Assembly: GCA_030141605.1 (NCBI GenBank)
Contig: JAQGDQ010000225.1
Location: 124,001 to 188,000, forward strand
Source: Tubiluchus corallicola
Lineage: Eukaryota; Animalia; Priapulida
Direction of reading: 5' to 3'
Length of the DNA: 64,000 nucleotides
Shown piece after piece: positions 13,122-26,796 of this stretch. The notes beneath the pieces were generated by a model. That model was given only the letters and a program-made list of their open reading frames with translations, was not told the DNA's origin and searched no databases. Every line of letters begins with the position of its first letter. Within the stretch, counting starts at the first letter, position 1. Made by a program: the position numbers and the translations under genes.

Positions 13122-13889
13122 CAGTAGGTGCCGCTTAATAGACTTACTTTGGGACCGAAGTGTTTTGACCCAATTAACCGACTGAACCTATTAACCAATG
13201 GGTGTAGCATTACAGGTATAGAAGCATAAGTCATCAGCTTAGTATGCACTGCAAAAGTTTTTAATGAATTTTAGAAACAAAGCAATGCCTAAATTCCTTA
13301 GTGCAGTTAAAAATTAAAAAAATATTTTAAAATATTAATTTACATAAGTGTATTAGCAATAAATTAAAAAGTATACTTTCTAAATCTCACAAGTCTGTTT
13401 ATTTACAAAAATTACTGTACCTGCATTTTTGAATGTTAACTGATTAAGCGTGAAAGCGTGATTTACAACGAGAGCTTCAAAAGAAACTCGCTAGACAAGT
13501 GATTAAATGTTTAGCTTCCAGAAATTCTTGGAAACGAGTTAATTGCAGTGGACGAGTGGGTAACAGATTCAAAACAAAACTGCTACGCTAGATAAACGCA
13601 TATTAGCGCATGATAAACCTGCTTACAAACAAAACGGTACTTAACATGATTGTTTCTACATATATTACAGTGCACAAAAACAAAGTAAAGATGACATAAA
13701 AGTAGGAAAGGCTCTTTGGGTACATACAAATGTCTTATTTTAAGTATGTGAAGGAAAAATATTGAGTCAATTACGTGGAGTTATTTGAGTCAATTACCGA
13801 CAGGTTTTGTGTACAGTTGAATAGAAGCGGCCCGTACCAGGCATTTTTGAGTCAATTAAGCGATCGAGTCTGTTAAGCGGTGCCTACTG
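13122..13889. mobile_element. Tc1/mariner (pogo/Tigger-like) MITE
   Basis: TA|CAGTAGGTGCCGCTTAATAGACT...AGTCTGTTAAGCGGTGCCTACTG|TA; 23-bp TIR, TA TSD. Confidence 0.82.
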
Positions 13890-14266
13890 TACTCTTTTAT
13901 AATTACCTAAGTCTTTCAAACAGGTAAGCGTAACACTAAGTAATATAACTTTGTAGAAAAATTTTTTGAGGCATACTTTAAAATTTCCTTTTCTGCAATT
14001 TTAAATTAACAACAAAGAAAAATTTAATGAAACAACAGACTCCGAGGAGTGAATGACTACTGATTTCTTTGTACGATCTGTGTATGTCCGAGAGTATGCC
14101 TTTCTCCTTAATTCATTTATGTTTACCAAGTTAATTAATTTATTAAAAATTAGTAACCCTAAGTACCTCTCGTGTAACCTACATGCAAAATGAATTTAAC
14201 ACATGATTTCCATGCAAGAATGTCTTCAAAGGAAATGTGATAGTTAGTCAGACCTGTAACACCAAC

Positions 14267-14433
14267 CTGCACAGTCGTTGCCCATGGAACCTCCTCTGGA
14301 TCCTCCACCTCAGGAGTGATGGGCAAAAAGAGCAGCTTCTCTATATCGGCGTCATTTTCCTCGTCACTAGAACAGAATGCTGGGATGGGTTCCTCAGTCA
14401 CCACGTCTACCTCGACTGACTCCTCTTCCTTAC
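14267..14433 (-). CDS. RBBP5: RBBP5 exon 10
   Basis: EVDVVTEEPIPAFCSSDEE...LLFLPITPEVEDPEE contains the WDR5-binding VDV motif and 'AFCSSDEE'. Confidence 0.95.
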
Positions 14434-15237
14434 CTGAAAAATTATGTAATTGTAAACACAGTGAAATGTTGGTGCCACTATTCTTTCAAGCATTTCCAAT
14501 AATAGCAAAGCCAGAATCTCTCATACATTCATAGCAACCATACAAATTCTTTATATATTTGCAGCAAAAAAACAGCAATGCCCTCAAATTTCTTAGTCAG
14601 CTGCTCAGATAAGTTTTAAGGCCCAGTCTGTTTAATTGAAATAATAACTGACCATACTCATTGAAATGCTATGTGCATCTCATAATTATTAGTTAATTGT
14701 ACCCATCTGGAACTTAAAATCCACTAAGTTTTGTTTTTAAAACAGTACACGATTATCAGCAAACAGCACTAAGTGGCTTTGCATATGTGAAAACATCACC
14801 TTAAACTAAAAAACTGCCAGGAAAGATTTTTCAACAATTTTGTATAGTACTAGATGAGCTTAATAATACATCACTAATTTCTAAAATCTGACAAATTTAA
14901 AAGCAAATTTTCAGGATAGCATGAAAGACGGCCATTAAATCATTAAAATGCTTACTATTTCTTCATTATCTATCCGAAATAAGTAATTTCTGTGCCAAAT
15001 CCCATTTTTGGGGACATATGAACCGAACTTACATATTAAATCACAGCTAAACATCTTTATAGTGAACATGCTAGGGATCCAGGAAGAAGTACTCTATAAC
15101 CAAGGTACTTGTTAAATCAAAGATGCCGATCAACATAGCTGCATAACCACACGAAAAAAAGCATTATTCTTTCACACATTGGACATGCATCAGTAATAAT
15201 CACTTAACAAACTTTAACAAACGATAAATTAATTAAC

Positions 15238-15427
15238 CTGTCTGAAGCTCCACGCTCTTATCTTCATCTTCAACATCAAACTCAGACTCTCGTTCTTCGT
15301 AATCTACGTTTTCGTCCAGTTCCTTGAAATCTGGGGCAAATGCAGACCAATTTTCCACCTGGTTTTGTGCCCAAACTGACACAACTCCACTGGATATGGA
15401 AACGATTATCGGCCGCACCGCATGCCA
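15238..15427 (-). CDS. RBBP5: RBBP5 exon 9
   Basis: [58 protein letters not shown], the signature AS-ABM region of RBBP5. Confidence 0.97.
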
Positions 15428-15746
15428 CTATAATGAAAAAGACGTCATTTTTCTTACAATTATTTGCTACAAACAAGCAATCTGGCATAATGCATCAGTA
15501 AATTATTTATGTTTAATAAAACAAGGAGCTCCAAACGATGCATCAGCTATAGATAAATTCACTAAACTAGTATGGGAATCCTTTTACCTAATTATGACTT
15601 GACTATAAAAAATTAATTAACAGGCTCTCAGGCACACAAACTTTTTCTTTCACTTCTGTATGTCTCACTTCATTTGTTACAGCTAAACAATGGTTAGTTT
15701 GCTATTTACCATATCACAGTATCTATTACAAACAGTTTGCAGTATC

Positions 15747-16347
15747 TTAAAGAAAAGCTGGACCCAATCTTAAGCTCAAAACAATCTGCACTATAAAATA
15801 CTGAAAGGAAAAATACTAATTTTTCAAGAATGACTTACGAGAAAGAAGTATTACCACAGAAAATTAATTTCACTTTTGCGTGGCTATTTCTTCAGTGTTA
15901 CATGGATTTCGCCACTCGCTACTTAGATGACCGCTAGTGCCTACATCTTAGAAACGCATTTCACTAAAACAGGTACCATACACCTCAGTTCAGAAGTGTT
16001 CAGTTGTGACATAATGCACGCATCGAGAGCGTGAACATAGCAGTAAATCTGAATTTTTAATTTAAAATTTACCGAGTTTTGTTACACCACACTTATTGTT
16101 GAACAGTAATGCTATACTTCAATTTTCACTTTAGCAAACACGTAACACGCTCGTGGAATGTTTGTGCTGTTGAAACTTGTTTAGTTGGGGTGTCATAACT
16201 AGTTGAGCTCGTACGCCGATAATTAAGTTTTTAACCTATCATTTAATTGTCAGAAATGTTTTGGTATTATTATAGGTGTTAAAATGAATACTTTTTATCG
16301 TTCTCCAAAGTGGGATAAGACATGGAAAATCATCCCATTTTCTTTAA
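15747..16347 (+). mobile_element. TTAA-flanked dispersed element (Kolobok-like ends TTAA|AG...CT|TTAA)
   Basis: Homologous to 9200-9435 and, in reverse, to 23200-23579 and 32747-33288. Confidence 0.6.
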
Positions 16348-16651
16348 GAAAATAATTACGTACTACAGCTTGCAAGCTGTAATGGTATCCAGAAGTCTGC
16401 TAACGACAAGCAAATTTCTAGCATATTTACAATGTCTCTGTAAAACATTTGTAGGATTCGTGAAAAAATAAATAAACTCCCCCACCCTGTGTTACTTTTT
16501 CAGGAAAAAAATGAAAGGAAAGCCCTACCATCCGTGTATTTTACCAAGACTTTATTCTGCTGCAAAGATAACAGCAGTAACTGCAACCGAAATCACAGTA
16601 ACAAAAAAGGCAAAAGTCAACAATATTACTTACTCAAATTTCATAACCTAC

Positions 16652-16805
16652 CGCTACATCCAGTAGCAATTCTCCCTTTGTACCATGAAGTATTTTCACC
16701 AGATTTCCTATGCTCTTCTCCCAAATGTAGAGTGAATGCTGTCTCGCTGATCCAGCACATATATATTCCCCATCGCCACTGAATACACATTTCTTCCACA
16801 GTGTT
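16652..16805 (-). CDS. RBBP5: RBBP5 exon 8
   Basis: [51 protein letters not shown]; canonical splice sites. Confidence 0.96.
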
Positions 16806-17699
16806 CTGTACGAGACAAAAACAACATTACTTTACTAGAAGTACTTTCTACAATAACTTTCAAACTATATATATAGTTTTGGAACAAATGTATAGAAAAT
16901 CGCCAACTGACCGAACATCAGTCTTGACAATATAATCGATCACTGCCAAATGTCTGTAAGATGTTAGTTGTTATTCACAGCTTAAATTCAAGTAAATCAG
17001 TGAGTCAAAAATGCACACTTTGATGAACTACAGTGATATAAAAAGCTGTCAAATGTGTTAACTTGCAGCACATCTGTGTGTGTACAGAGACAATCTGTAA
17101 GGGCAGTTACTTATAGATGGACCGTATATAAAAAAAACTGTATTTTAAAATACTTAAGCTAGTTGCACATGGTAAAAATTGCCTGTAATGAATTGGATGA
17201 TGCAAATTGTCTCAGACAAATCTTTCCTGCACACTGTGACTTTTTACAAAAGCACCATACAAAATTTCACCACGGGTAACCTCAATAAACAAATATTATT
17301 TACATGTGACTAAAACGATTGTTTTTTTATTGGTCTGATTTGGTTTTGTCTGAGATAGAGAATTAAGCACGTTTAATAACGATCTTTATGCAACAAAGTT
17401 GGTAAACAGGATTTATTGAGCCTGCAAATGAGCAAAAATCTGTTTCACATAAGTTGTTGCAGACAAATTTTACATTGTGTACACTCTGTACAAGATTCAC
17501 ATTAAGAAAACATTGAAAGACCTACAGATGTAAAACTTTTAACGTATACACAATTAAACTACGTAAGAACTGTGTAAACTTTACACAACAAACTAAGTAA
17601 ACAAACTCAAAATTTTGTAGAATTACATCATCTGTAGGATAGTTGCATATTTGTCTCTGCTTTGTCCATCATCACATTTTATACACAAATTTTTAGTTA

Positions 17700-18316
17700 C
17701 TGACTTTAATACATTGGCAAGTGAAACAATTATTTGTGTACTTGCAAACCAAAACCGTCTGTAAGTCAGCATAGTTAAAACTATGTTACGATGCTTCAAA
17801 GTAGAATGCACCAAAAATTTGGTGAAATGTCAATTTTTTGTTTTTTTTATAATCTAGCATCAAATTATCAAGAAAATATCCAAAAAATATTAAAAATCTA
17901 ATTTTATTTCCATGTATCCACTGTTCTGGCTAGAAACTAGTACTGCAATTGTTAAAAACTTGTATTTTAAACTCTAATACCAGCTCATGGAAGCAGTCAT
18001 TTTGCTTCAAGTTTTGTCTTTTGCCAAGCCCAGATCATCATCTATAGGATTTAAACATAAGTTCAATGTGCTCTTGCAAAGTCTGTAGCAACAAACATTT
18101 GTGCGGTTGCCAACGGTTTTGTAAATTTGCGACAAAAACAGTGGCTAACTTTAATAGCAATTTTTCTCAAGATTATGTTATTCAGGGCGTAGCAAGAACA
18201 TCAACTTCAACATGGATTATCTCAGCTTAGAAATAACATAGAGCAAGGAGCTTGGTATCAAAATGATCCTCATGAAAGGAGATTTGGGATATGTGAATTG
18301 CCGACTTATGGACGTT
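17700..18316 (+). repeat. Dispersed repeat, uninterrupted copy (RBBP5 intron 7)
   Basis: Reverse-complement match to 26797-27372 and 28162-28260. Confidence 0.8.
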
Positions 18317-18958
18317 TTTGCCATGCAAACATACATTTTATAAATGAAAACAAAAAAAACTTGGAGTTCTAATGCACAATCACAAGCAAGACATGCTGTT
18401 GGTAAAGAATTCTACAAAAAATAGCATTTATTTTTCATATTCCCTAGAAAATGCAAACAGAGCATGAAACTTCTTCTAAGGATATCAGTGGCAACAAATA
18501 TTAGATAAACAATTCAGTAATTAGTAATTAGAAGTAAATCTTCCCGTAATGAACTTTTAGTATCTTTTAAAAGAAAGAAGACTTTTGGTGACCTTGGATT
18601 TTCTTCAAGTGCACCGAAATATTGGAAATCCTTCCTCAAAACCTAAGAACTGTTTTCTACTGTGCAACTGTTTAAAAATGCTTGAAGAGACATCTGTTTA
18701 AAAATTGTTATGATCAAGTCCTGCAGTTGTAAATTCAGACCACAGTTTCTGTCTTGCAGGCGATTTGTGTATTTTGTGCGAAATTTTTAATAATTTTATT
18801 AGTATCTCCTCTAATGTGCAATTGTAATCATAATATTTTACAGTACAGCACCGCTTGAAAGCATTATGCTTCATTGTGCACTTTATAAAATATATTTTAT
18901 TGTTATATATTAGACTGTTGCACAGACAGCTTAGCTAATAAACACAAGAACAACGCAC

Positions 18959-19078
18959 TTGTTGACTAAATCCTGTAGTTTTTGTATTGGTTCAGGCTCT
19001 CCATCTTCTCCGCATGCCAGTACCTCTCCCGTTTCATAAACACGGATGATTCTGTCAGCTGTATTGACAAGAAAACAA
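18959..19078 (-). CDS. RBBP5: RBBP5 exon 7
   Basis: CFLVNTADRIIRVYETGEVLACGEDGEPEPIQKLQDLVN; ttacag / GTGCGT. Confidence 0.96.
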
Positions 19079-19264
19079 CTGTAACCAAAAAGGCAAGAAT
19101 TAACCTACACAATATCTGAACTGCTGTAAAAGTTGTCAGAAATTTTCCCACGTTGCAAAACTTAGTTTTAAAGGGGAAAAGAGGAATTTTAAAGTATGTT
19201 ACAAAAAACATCCCACATAAAATTATAGTACTTAGCATGACGCTTACCTGTTTAAAAGATTTAC

Positions 19265-19430
19265 GTAACTGGAAAAGAGAATTCTTAATAATTTAAAATG
19301 TTTATGCCAATCAGTGAACCATGTTTAAAAAGTTCATGCCAACCACTGTAACTGGAAAAGAGAATTCTTAATAATTTAAAATGTTTATGCCAATCAGTGA
19401 ACCATGTTTAAAAAGTTCATGCCAACCACT
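19265..19430. repeat. Perfect 83-bp tandem duplication
   Basis: GTAACTGGAAAAGAG...GCCAACCACT repeated twice identically. Confidence 0.92.
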
Positions 19431-20137
19431 GTTTTACTATCCCAGTGTGCACCCATTGGCTCGCAAAACACACATTACTAATCTTACTGATAAAATAAAG
19501 TAATATACAGATTTGCTGGTTGGTAAAGAGTGTGCATTGTAGATGCTCTGATTCTTTTTAAGTTATCTTCAATTTCTTAATCAGCAACTCACCCTTTCAT
19601 AGCTATGCCTAACAGACATTACAGAAATTTAAATTTACAAATTTTATACAATGTTACTGCTAATACAAACTCTGCATGCAGTAAGACAACATCTAGGTGA
19701 TACAAGGTTTCAAGACAAATTTTTTAACTTTATCTACTTTCTTGTTCTATTTTCTTGTCCTTTAAGTAGCCACCGACCATTAGACGAAATTTGAAGCTGG
19801 AAATAAGTTTACAACCAGCTTGCACCATTGGATCAATTTTTTAACTGATTTTGATAAAACCTGCAAATCCAGATGCAATTTTTTGCATTCTATTAGCTCA
19901 CTTCAAACTAGTTAAGGGTTAGTAAACTTAACAGTTACAAAAATTGGCATATATAGTGCAAAAAATAAGTTTTTTTCATAACAGTTATCTTTTAAAGGTT
20001 TCAAAAAGTTGTCTTTATATTTGGATTATCGATTTTATACCTTCTCTATTTGTCAGAGAAAATGAAAAGAAATAAGGTTCAATAAGATAAAAACTATTGA
20101 GATCTTAAGTATGTAAAATAATTGCAACTAAACTCAC

Positions 20138-20319
20138 TCTCCCCTCCTGGCAAATTCGATTGACTTGATAGCAGTGGTGTTAGAACCACCGGTCGTCACT
20201 CGAAAAGAAGCCACAACAGATAAATCTTTTACACTGAGAACAAGAATCCAGCCACGAGCATTGCCAGTGTAAATGTGCTCCCCTCTGCGATCAAAAGAGG
20301 CGACGATGTTCAAATCTGA
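20138..20319 (-). CDS. RBBP5: RBBP5 exon 6
   Basis: SDLNIVASFDRRGEHIYTGNARG...SFRVTTGGSNTTAIKSIEFARRG; tttttag / GTGAGT. Confidence 0.96.
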
Positions 20320-20999
20320 CTAAAAATTAAAACCACCATTCATTAAGTAAAGTGTAAAATAACTTAAAGCGGATGAAAAAGAAATTTTCAAGTATATCCC
20401 AAACAACTTTCATACAAAGTTGTAATACCTAGCATTACCCTTACATGTATGAGAGACATGTAATTGGAACAAAACATTGTTAATAATCTAAAATATTCGT
20501 GCCACGTAAAACAGCGGTGCACTGCCATCCCAGCGTGCAGCACTTGTTCACCAAAAAACATAATATTATTGATCTTATAGACAATATAAAGTAATTTATA
20601 CTTTTGCATAACTAGTAAAGAACGTACTACGAATACTTTTATTTTTTCAAATTTTACGAATTATCAAGCAACATGAAGAAAACTTGGTTCAATTGACTTA
20701 ATGCTAAAACAAGCGCTAAAACAGCATGTAAGTGATATAAAATTTCGAGATAATATTTGTAAGCTTTATTTATGAAGAGTGCTTTGCTGCACTTTAATTA
20801 ATCTATTTGTTGAACAGCTTCATAATACATGTCACTGTGGGGATAAGACAGACTCCTAAACTTCAAAGCAGAAACAACTTACTCAACTCAGAAACTCAGA
20901 AAGACAACGAGAAGCTAGGGGTATGTTACGTGGTGGTGATCTTTGAAGGTGGCGTTTTATTAGCTCTACAAATATTTTGCTTCTCAGGGTTAAAAATGC

Positions 21000-21092
21000 A
21001 AAACTGCAAACTCAAAAAGCAGAAATGTGAAAAAATTAGGATACAGCCTGAACTTGAACCAGGCACCTTAGACCCCTCAGCCACTGCATCTC
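21000..21092 (-). mobile_element. tRNA-derived SINE (internally deleted copy)
   Basis: Reverse complement resembles 21328-21440; B-box GGTTCAAGTTC. Confidence 0.55.
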
Positions 21093-21327
21093 CCAGTGAT
21101 TGAGGCAGTTCAAAGTTCACCCTTTAACTGGACAACAGAATTCAATAAATTAATCTGGGCATTAGGATTACAATAATTATAAGTACCCATGAAAACTTCA
21201 GGCCAAAATTGATAAAATTAAAATTAACTAAATGGTTAGAATCACTCTATTGTAAACGATCTAACATTGGGAATGCCAAATTCGGTTGGTCAAGTATAGG
21301 GATAAACTTTGCAGTGCTTTGCCCACT

Positions 21328-21440
21328 GCAGATACAGTGGCCGAGTGGTCCAAGGTACCTGTCTCCTAAGTAAATGGCCCAAGGTTCAAATTCAGACTGT
21401 GTCTAAGCTTTATCATATTTCCTGTCTTTCAGTTTTGGTA
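21328..21440 (+). mobile_element. tRNA-derived SINE
   Basis: A-box GTGGCCGAGTGG, B-box GGTTCAAATTC, followed by non-tRNA body. Confidence 0.65.
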
Positions 21441-21885
21441 CCAAAAGTTAATTAATTGCTGGTTTGTTCTATCATTAAAATGTTTGGTTTTGATTTGAGT
21501 TAGATTTAAAAAAGATCAATAATTTAGTTCAGTTTTGTAAAATGGATTAAAACACATTAGTGTCAGAAAAAAGGACACTTATGACAGTCATCCTTTTCAT
21601 ACAGTTTGGCAATCTGCAAGCCGGAACATGCAGTCATCACCAACAACTACTTAATGCTGACACTTGTGGTAGGACCTGAATTTAATTTGTTATCAGAGAT
21701 GGAAAACTGATCCAGCAAAGGTGTGTCAGCAATGTTCAGATGTGTTTCATCATCGAATAGCTAGAGTCAGCACGCAGGACGAAACATAACTAGAACGGTT
21801 TTTATGGCAGTCACACATCCATTTACCAGCCACAGTGTTAAATTTTGGTCAAACAACGTCAGCAAACAAAAAAACAGTAACTTAC

Positions 21886-21973
21886 TTCTTCAGCAAGTGG
21901 CAGTGTGGAATGTTTTCCATTAAAATTGACTAGAACAGCTGCATGTTTCATTGGACAAACCAAAAATTTTGAC
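21886..21973 (-). CDS. RBBP5: RBBP5 exon 5
   Basis: SKFLVCPMKHAAVLVNFNGKHSTLPLAEE; tttttag / GTAAGT. Confidence 0.94.
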
Positions 21974-22938
21974 CTAAAAAGAGAGAAAAATAGCTAAGTA
22001 CATTTAGAGCAGCACAATAAATCTGTTGTTCATTTAAAAATTAAACACCACTTGACAACAGGACTAATGTTGACAGTTGTAACAGGATAGAAACCTAGTT
22101 ACTTGACAAGAACAATCCTCTAAGGTGAGATGCTATTTGCCCTGCACTGCAGGAGAAACAACTTGCCATGGAGATTTATTATGTAGTGCAAGATAGCATC
22201 AACAGCTTGCCTGATGTTGAAAATTGTGGAAGGACCAGTTCCTTTCAGTATCGAGGATAATCCTCAAAGATGAAAAACTGATGAACTAGTGTCTGCATTC
22301 TGTCTTGAAAAAGCAAACAGCCTGAGACAGTTTGGCAGATAAAACTATCTAGAAATAGCTATCCCAGTGGTTTGTGTATTAAACAGGTCCAGTGTTGTTC
22401 AACTAACAGCCAAGCATCCACAATAATTCCCTACTAACTAGTTTAAACTACAGCGACATTTTTTTAAAATAACAACTTTATTAAAACACTAACAGCAATG
22501 TATAAAAGCTTCTAAAGCTTTAGTAACTGAAAACTAGAAATGATTATAATCTCTTAATTAACTTCTGAAAAAACTTTCATGGCTTGTGGTGATAACTGCC
22601 AGCTATTGCAGTCAGAATTTGGGAAGTTTCTATGTGTTTAAATAAAGCTCTTGTTAAAGAAATAGCTATTTCATCAACCCTTACTGTGCTTACCATAGAG
22701 AATACGTAATTTATATAGCCTATTTACGTAGTCTCTTATATGATAAGAAAAAACTCTTTATAAGTTTTTATAAGACGCGAATCTACAGTAAAAATTTATA
22801 ATAATTCATTCAGTCAGCTCAACCCATACAAAAATACACATACATACTTATAACGACAAGTGGTAAATTCATACGCATTGGGTCAAAATCGATGAAATTA
22901 AGGTCACATTACAAAAACACAGTTTAAATTAAATGTAC

Positions 22939-23079
22939 TTGTTCCTTGGGTGAAACTGGACTTTTAATATGGGTGACGGAAAGCGGTATCTGTGAATGCA
23001 TTCGCCAGAATACACATCCCATATGGCAACGTTGTTGTCCGTAGAGGCGCTTAGCAATTGAAAACCATTTCTGCTCCAA
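22939..23079 (-). CDS. RBBP5: RBBP5 exon 4
   Basis: WSRNGFQLLSASTDNNVAIWDVYSGECIHRYRFPSPILKVQFHPRN (WD40 repeat). Confidence 0.96.
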
Positions 23080-23199
23080 CTAAAAGAGAAACAATAGTGG
23101 AAACCTTACACAAAGTATAACAGAGAAAGCCCCTTATTGATGAAGCTTTAATTCGAATAATTCTACATTGCAATAAGGTTGACACAATGTTAGAAGATG

Positions 23200-23579
23200 T
23201 TAATGGAAAAAAGGATAATTTTTCTCGTCCTACCCCATTTTGAAGTACTGTAAAAAAGTATACATTTTAAGACCTATAATAATGCAAAAGCGTTTTTAAT
23301 AATTAAATAGTGGGTTAAAAAGATAATTAATAGTGGGGAAGTCAAACTAACGATGACATCACAAATAAAACAATTTTCAACACAAACATTACACAAGCAT
23401 GTAGCAAATGTTTACAAAAGTGAAAGTTGAAGGAAAAGAGCGCAATTACATTACTAGTGGAATGCGAAATTACATTTCTGCGGCAAGTTATTTTTGAAAA
23501 TATAGTATGTTTGCTTTCAATATTTTATAGGAAAGATTGTTTTGAGGTATAGCTTAAAAATCGGTCCCCAGTCTCTTAA
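23200..23579 (-). mobile_element. TTAA-flanked dispersed element, deleted copy
   Basis: Shares CCCCATTTTGAAGTA and GATGACATCAC segments with 32747-33288. Confidence 0.6.
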
Positions 23580-23707
23580 CAGCTCAAACTCCTGGTCGCT
23601 AGACTTTATTGCATTGATAATTCAGGGTAAGGATAACAAAGGCTGGTGCTTATCAAATGTACACAATTCACAGATTCGCAGACCTGGACCTGCAAGATTT
23701 TTTTTTG

Positions 23708-24046
23708 CAGATCCATGCTGCTTGTGGACCCAGCACAGTGGTGAATCCACGCTGCTTGTGGACCCGGCAGAATGGCAGATCCATGCTGGTTGTGGACCCG
23801 GCAAAGTGATGGAACCACACTGCTTGTGGATCTGGCAGTGTGGTGGATCTATGTGGTCTGTGGACCAGACAGAGTGGTGGATCCATGCTGCTTGTAAACC
23901 CGGCAGAGTGGTGGGTCCATGCTGCCTGTGGACCTGACAGAGTGGTGGATTCACACTGCTTGCGGACCCGGCAGGCCCATGCTGCTTGTGAAACCGGCAG
24001 AGTGGTGGATCCATACTGCTTATGGACCCAGTAGAGTACTGGATCT
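23708..24046. repeat. GC-rich minisatellite, ~34-bp unit x ~10
   Basis: Consensus GAGTGGTGGATCCATGCTGCTTGTGGACCCGGCA; generates several spurious ORFs. Confidence 0.9.
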
Positions 24047-24184
24047 AGTTTATGCTTAACTATTTTTTGCAAATCTGGAATATTAAGTTTTCACTAGTTT
24101 TCACGACTTATTACTCAGTAGCCAGATTTGCGCTTAACAAACCCTCACGGTTTCGCAAACCATCTAATCAAATTAAATCCGAAT

Positions 24185-24480
24185 CTCAATTCAATTCAAT
24201 TCAATTTTGATGCATAAATACAATAATGTACCATGCCAAAAAATACAATTACAAAAAACGAAGTACAAGACAAATACAAAATACAACAAATACAATTACG
24301 GAATGTTGCAAAAACATGAGTTTGTACAAGTTCTTTACTTAAATACCCTACTTAAATCTAATAAGAAATTATGTGCTCTTATAAAATCATATTTGATACT
24401 GTAACTACAAAGAACTAATAAAAACACAAAAACCTAAATGATTAGAATAATCACATACAAGAATAAATTAATTAAATTAC
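24185..24480 (-). mobile_element. LINE (L2/CR1-group) 3' end with (AATTG)n tail
   Basis: (CAATT)4 array followed by a degenerate LINE-like 3' region. Confidence 0.4.
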
Positions 24481-24915
24481 ACAATCACTGCACAAGGTTT
24501 ATAAAACACTCACAGATTACCACCAAGATATAACTGCCTTTTTTATGACATTCATTCAAAGTAGTTTCCAAAGTGAATAGACACCTCAGTTTAAATTTTT
24601 TTGTGGAGAATCCTCGCGGAGTAGCGGACTTTGCTATTGCACAAGGTCCACCAATTTTGCAGAGGTGCAGAACCACACTTTGCAAATACTGCTGATTTGC
24701 AGGCCCAAAGTAAGTGGGTCTGCTCATTTTTGGTACTTATAAACTGCAACCACTAGCTAAGTGAATCTTTATTTACTTTCTCTATCAACAAAAATACATG
24801 TCTATTAATATACAGCATTACATAGTTTGCCCCATTGTTTCCTGAATGTACAAAATCAGCTAAATAATATTATCAAAATGAAAAATAGTTACAAAAAATC
24901 ATGCGGTACACCAAC

Positions 24916-25088
24916 CTCATACTGCAAACAGGGTGGACATGTGCTGTGATCACTTTGGCAATTCCTCTCGTCAGAAAATCCCAGACGACGATTCTACCAT
25001 CGTTGCAACCTACAGCGAGTAGCGTGCTCCAGCGGTTAAACTGGCAGCAGACAGCCATGCTCATACAGTCGAGCGCTCCATCAAAATC
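24916..25088 (-). CDS. RBBP5: RBBP5 exon 3
   Basis: DFDGALDCMSMAVCCQFNRWSTLLAVGCNDGRIVVWDFLTRGIAKVITAHVHPVCS (WD40 repeat). Confidence 0.97.
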
Positions 25089-26075
25089 CTACAACAACAC
25101 AGCTTTTCAATGCAACATGAATTTCAGCAATTGTTTATCTGCTATTCTTTCAATAATATAAAGAAATGAAATCTCAAACCATTGAAATCAAAGAGTTTCA
25201 CTGAACATTTCACTGAAAAGTGCAAAAGCACAAACATAGATACATGTAATTTACAACAAAGTTCTTTTCTTTGTTTAGTCATGAAGTAATATTGGTGTGT
25301 GAGCAGAAACTTCCTTTAATTAAAAAAAAACTCAAATCTGATACCAATTTTATACATACATGCCCTTTCTTCATTTCTAATGAAAAAGGGTCTTGAAGAT
25401 ATGTTTCTCTCAAAATATTTATTTCTATTCTCGATAAACTTTGAAAAGTGTTGGCTTGACACTGCTAGATAGTAACAGTTTCCTTGGCCAATAATTATCT
25501 TCTCTGACAATGAATTTGTAAACAGTGATACTCAACAAAACATGGTGTCTGCTGTGCAGCTGCTATTTGCAGACTTGAAAAGGTTTTATAAACTTCAGAA
25601 GGATAAAAAAACTAATGCTTGCTTAGCTAAATGGGCAAATTCGTTTAAAAGTCAGACAGCAAAGGCAAAAACAAAGTCAGCAACGTATAGAAAATTCTGT
25701 ACAACATACAGCACACGAGACGACTAACACACTGTGATACAACCAAGTTCTGCCAAAACTATTTCTAAGGGATCTTCTCTTACAGTGTCACCTAGCACAC
25801 AAAATATAATGAAATGAAATTCTTGATTTAATTCCGGAAACCTTTCTACCCAATTATCATTTCTGTAAACCACTAGAAAGAAATGAAAGTGTGAAAACAT
25901 AGATCTTAGTCAGAAAAAATGATTTGAATATGACCTTTAGAATGTGAGTACAATAGTATACGTTTAATAATAATTCAAACTTTTGAATTACAAGCACTTT
26001 GCATGACTTTTTTACCAGATCACATCACTAATTGAATAAATCACACAAACAGAGTTCAATTCCTAAAGCACTTAC

Positions 26076-26101
26076 CTCTGGGTAGTTCTGTCCAAATGAT
26101 T
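26076..26101 (-). CDS. RBBP5: RBBP5 exon 2 (26-nt micro-exon)
   Basis: (E)SFGQNYPE between ttttcag and GTAAG; completes the conserved MNLELLESFGQNYPE N-terminus. Confidence 0.93.
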
Positions 26102-26796
26102 CTGAAAAAGAAATTATAATTATATAACAAAATACGCTGACATTAAAAAATGCGTGAGCTAACATGTGTTGCAAAGCAGATCCGACAGGATCTCAAGCTG
26201 AAAAGCTATTGGTGTCAGACAAACAGAAAAAACAAGAGGGAAATTAAAAATCAAAAAGATTATTCAAAGTGTCGGTATAATGAATTAATATATATTTCTA
26301 AAAAAATATGACAGTAACACTGAAACCATTTATATTTACATTGTTAATACAGCACGATGAAAAAACTTTGTTAAAAAGCAAATAGTTTTTTATATTGAGA
26401 AAAAGGTTGAAAAGAATCTGTATAGTAAAGTTAGGATTATTTAAAAGATACTTAAAGAGCTTTGTAAAAAGTAAATATATTGAGAAATGTCAGCTTAAGG
26501 AAGCCAACAAAATTATGCATGTTAGATTAAAATGATTGATGTTAAATCTAATTTTAAAGACTTCCATAATGATGACATGTTATATCCATAATGTCAAGTA
26601 GACTATAACAGCGTTGAACACTTGTTAAAATATCAACATGTATGTTTGACTTGTAATGACATTGTACAATCAAATGCAAATTTACTATTAAGAAAGGTTA
26701 ATATCTATGTACACGGACTGATGTACAGGAAAGTTCATTTATCGTTTCATTGCAAAGAAGTTTAAGGTTTCTAAATGTGTGCTTGCATAGCAAAAT

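Noticed and set aside
21328-21400. Possible tRNA gene
   Set aside because: A and B boxes are present but the acceptor and anticodon stems do not pair cleanly and related degenerate copies exist; treated as a SINE
23542-24072. Five overlapping ORFs and a CRISPR-like periodic array
   Set aside because: Contiguous 34-bp minisatellite with no unique spacers, no cas genes, located in a eukaryotic intron
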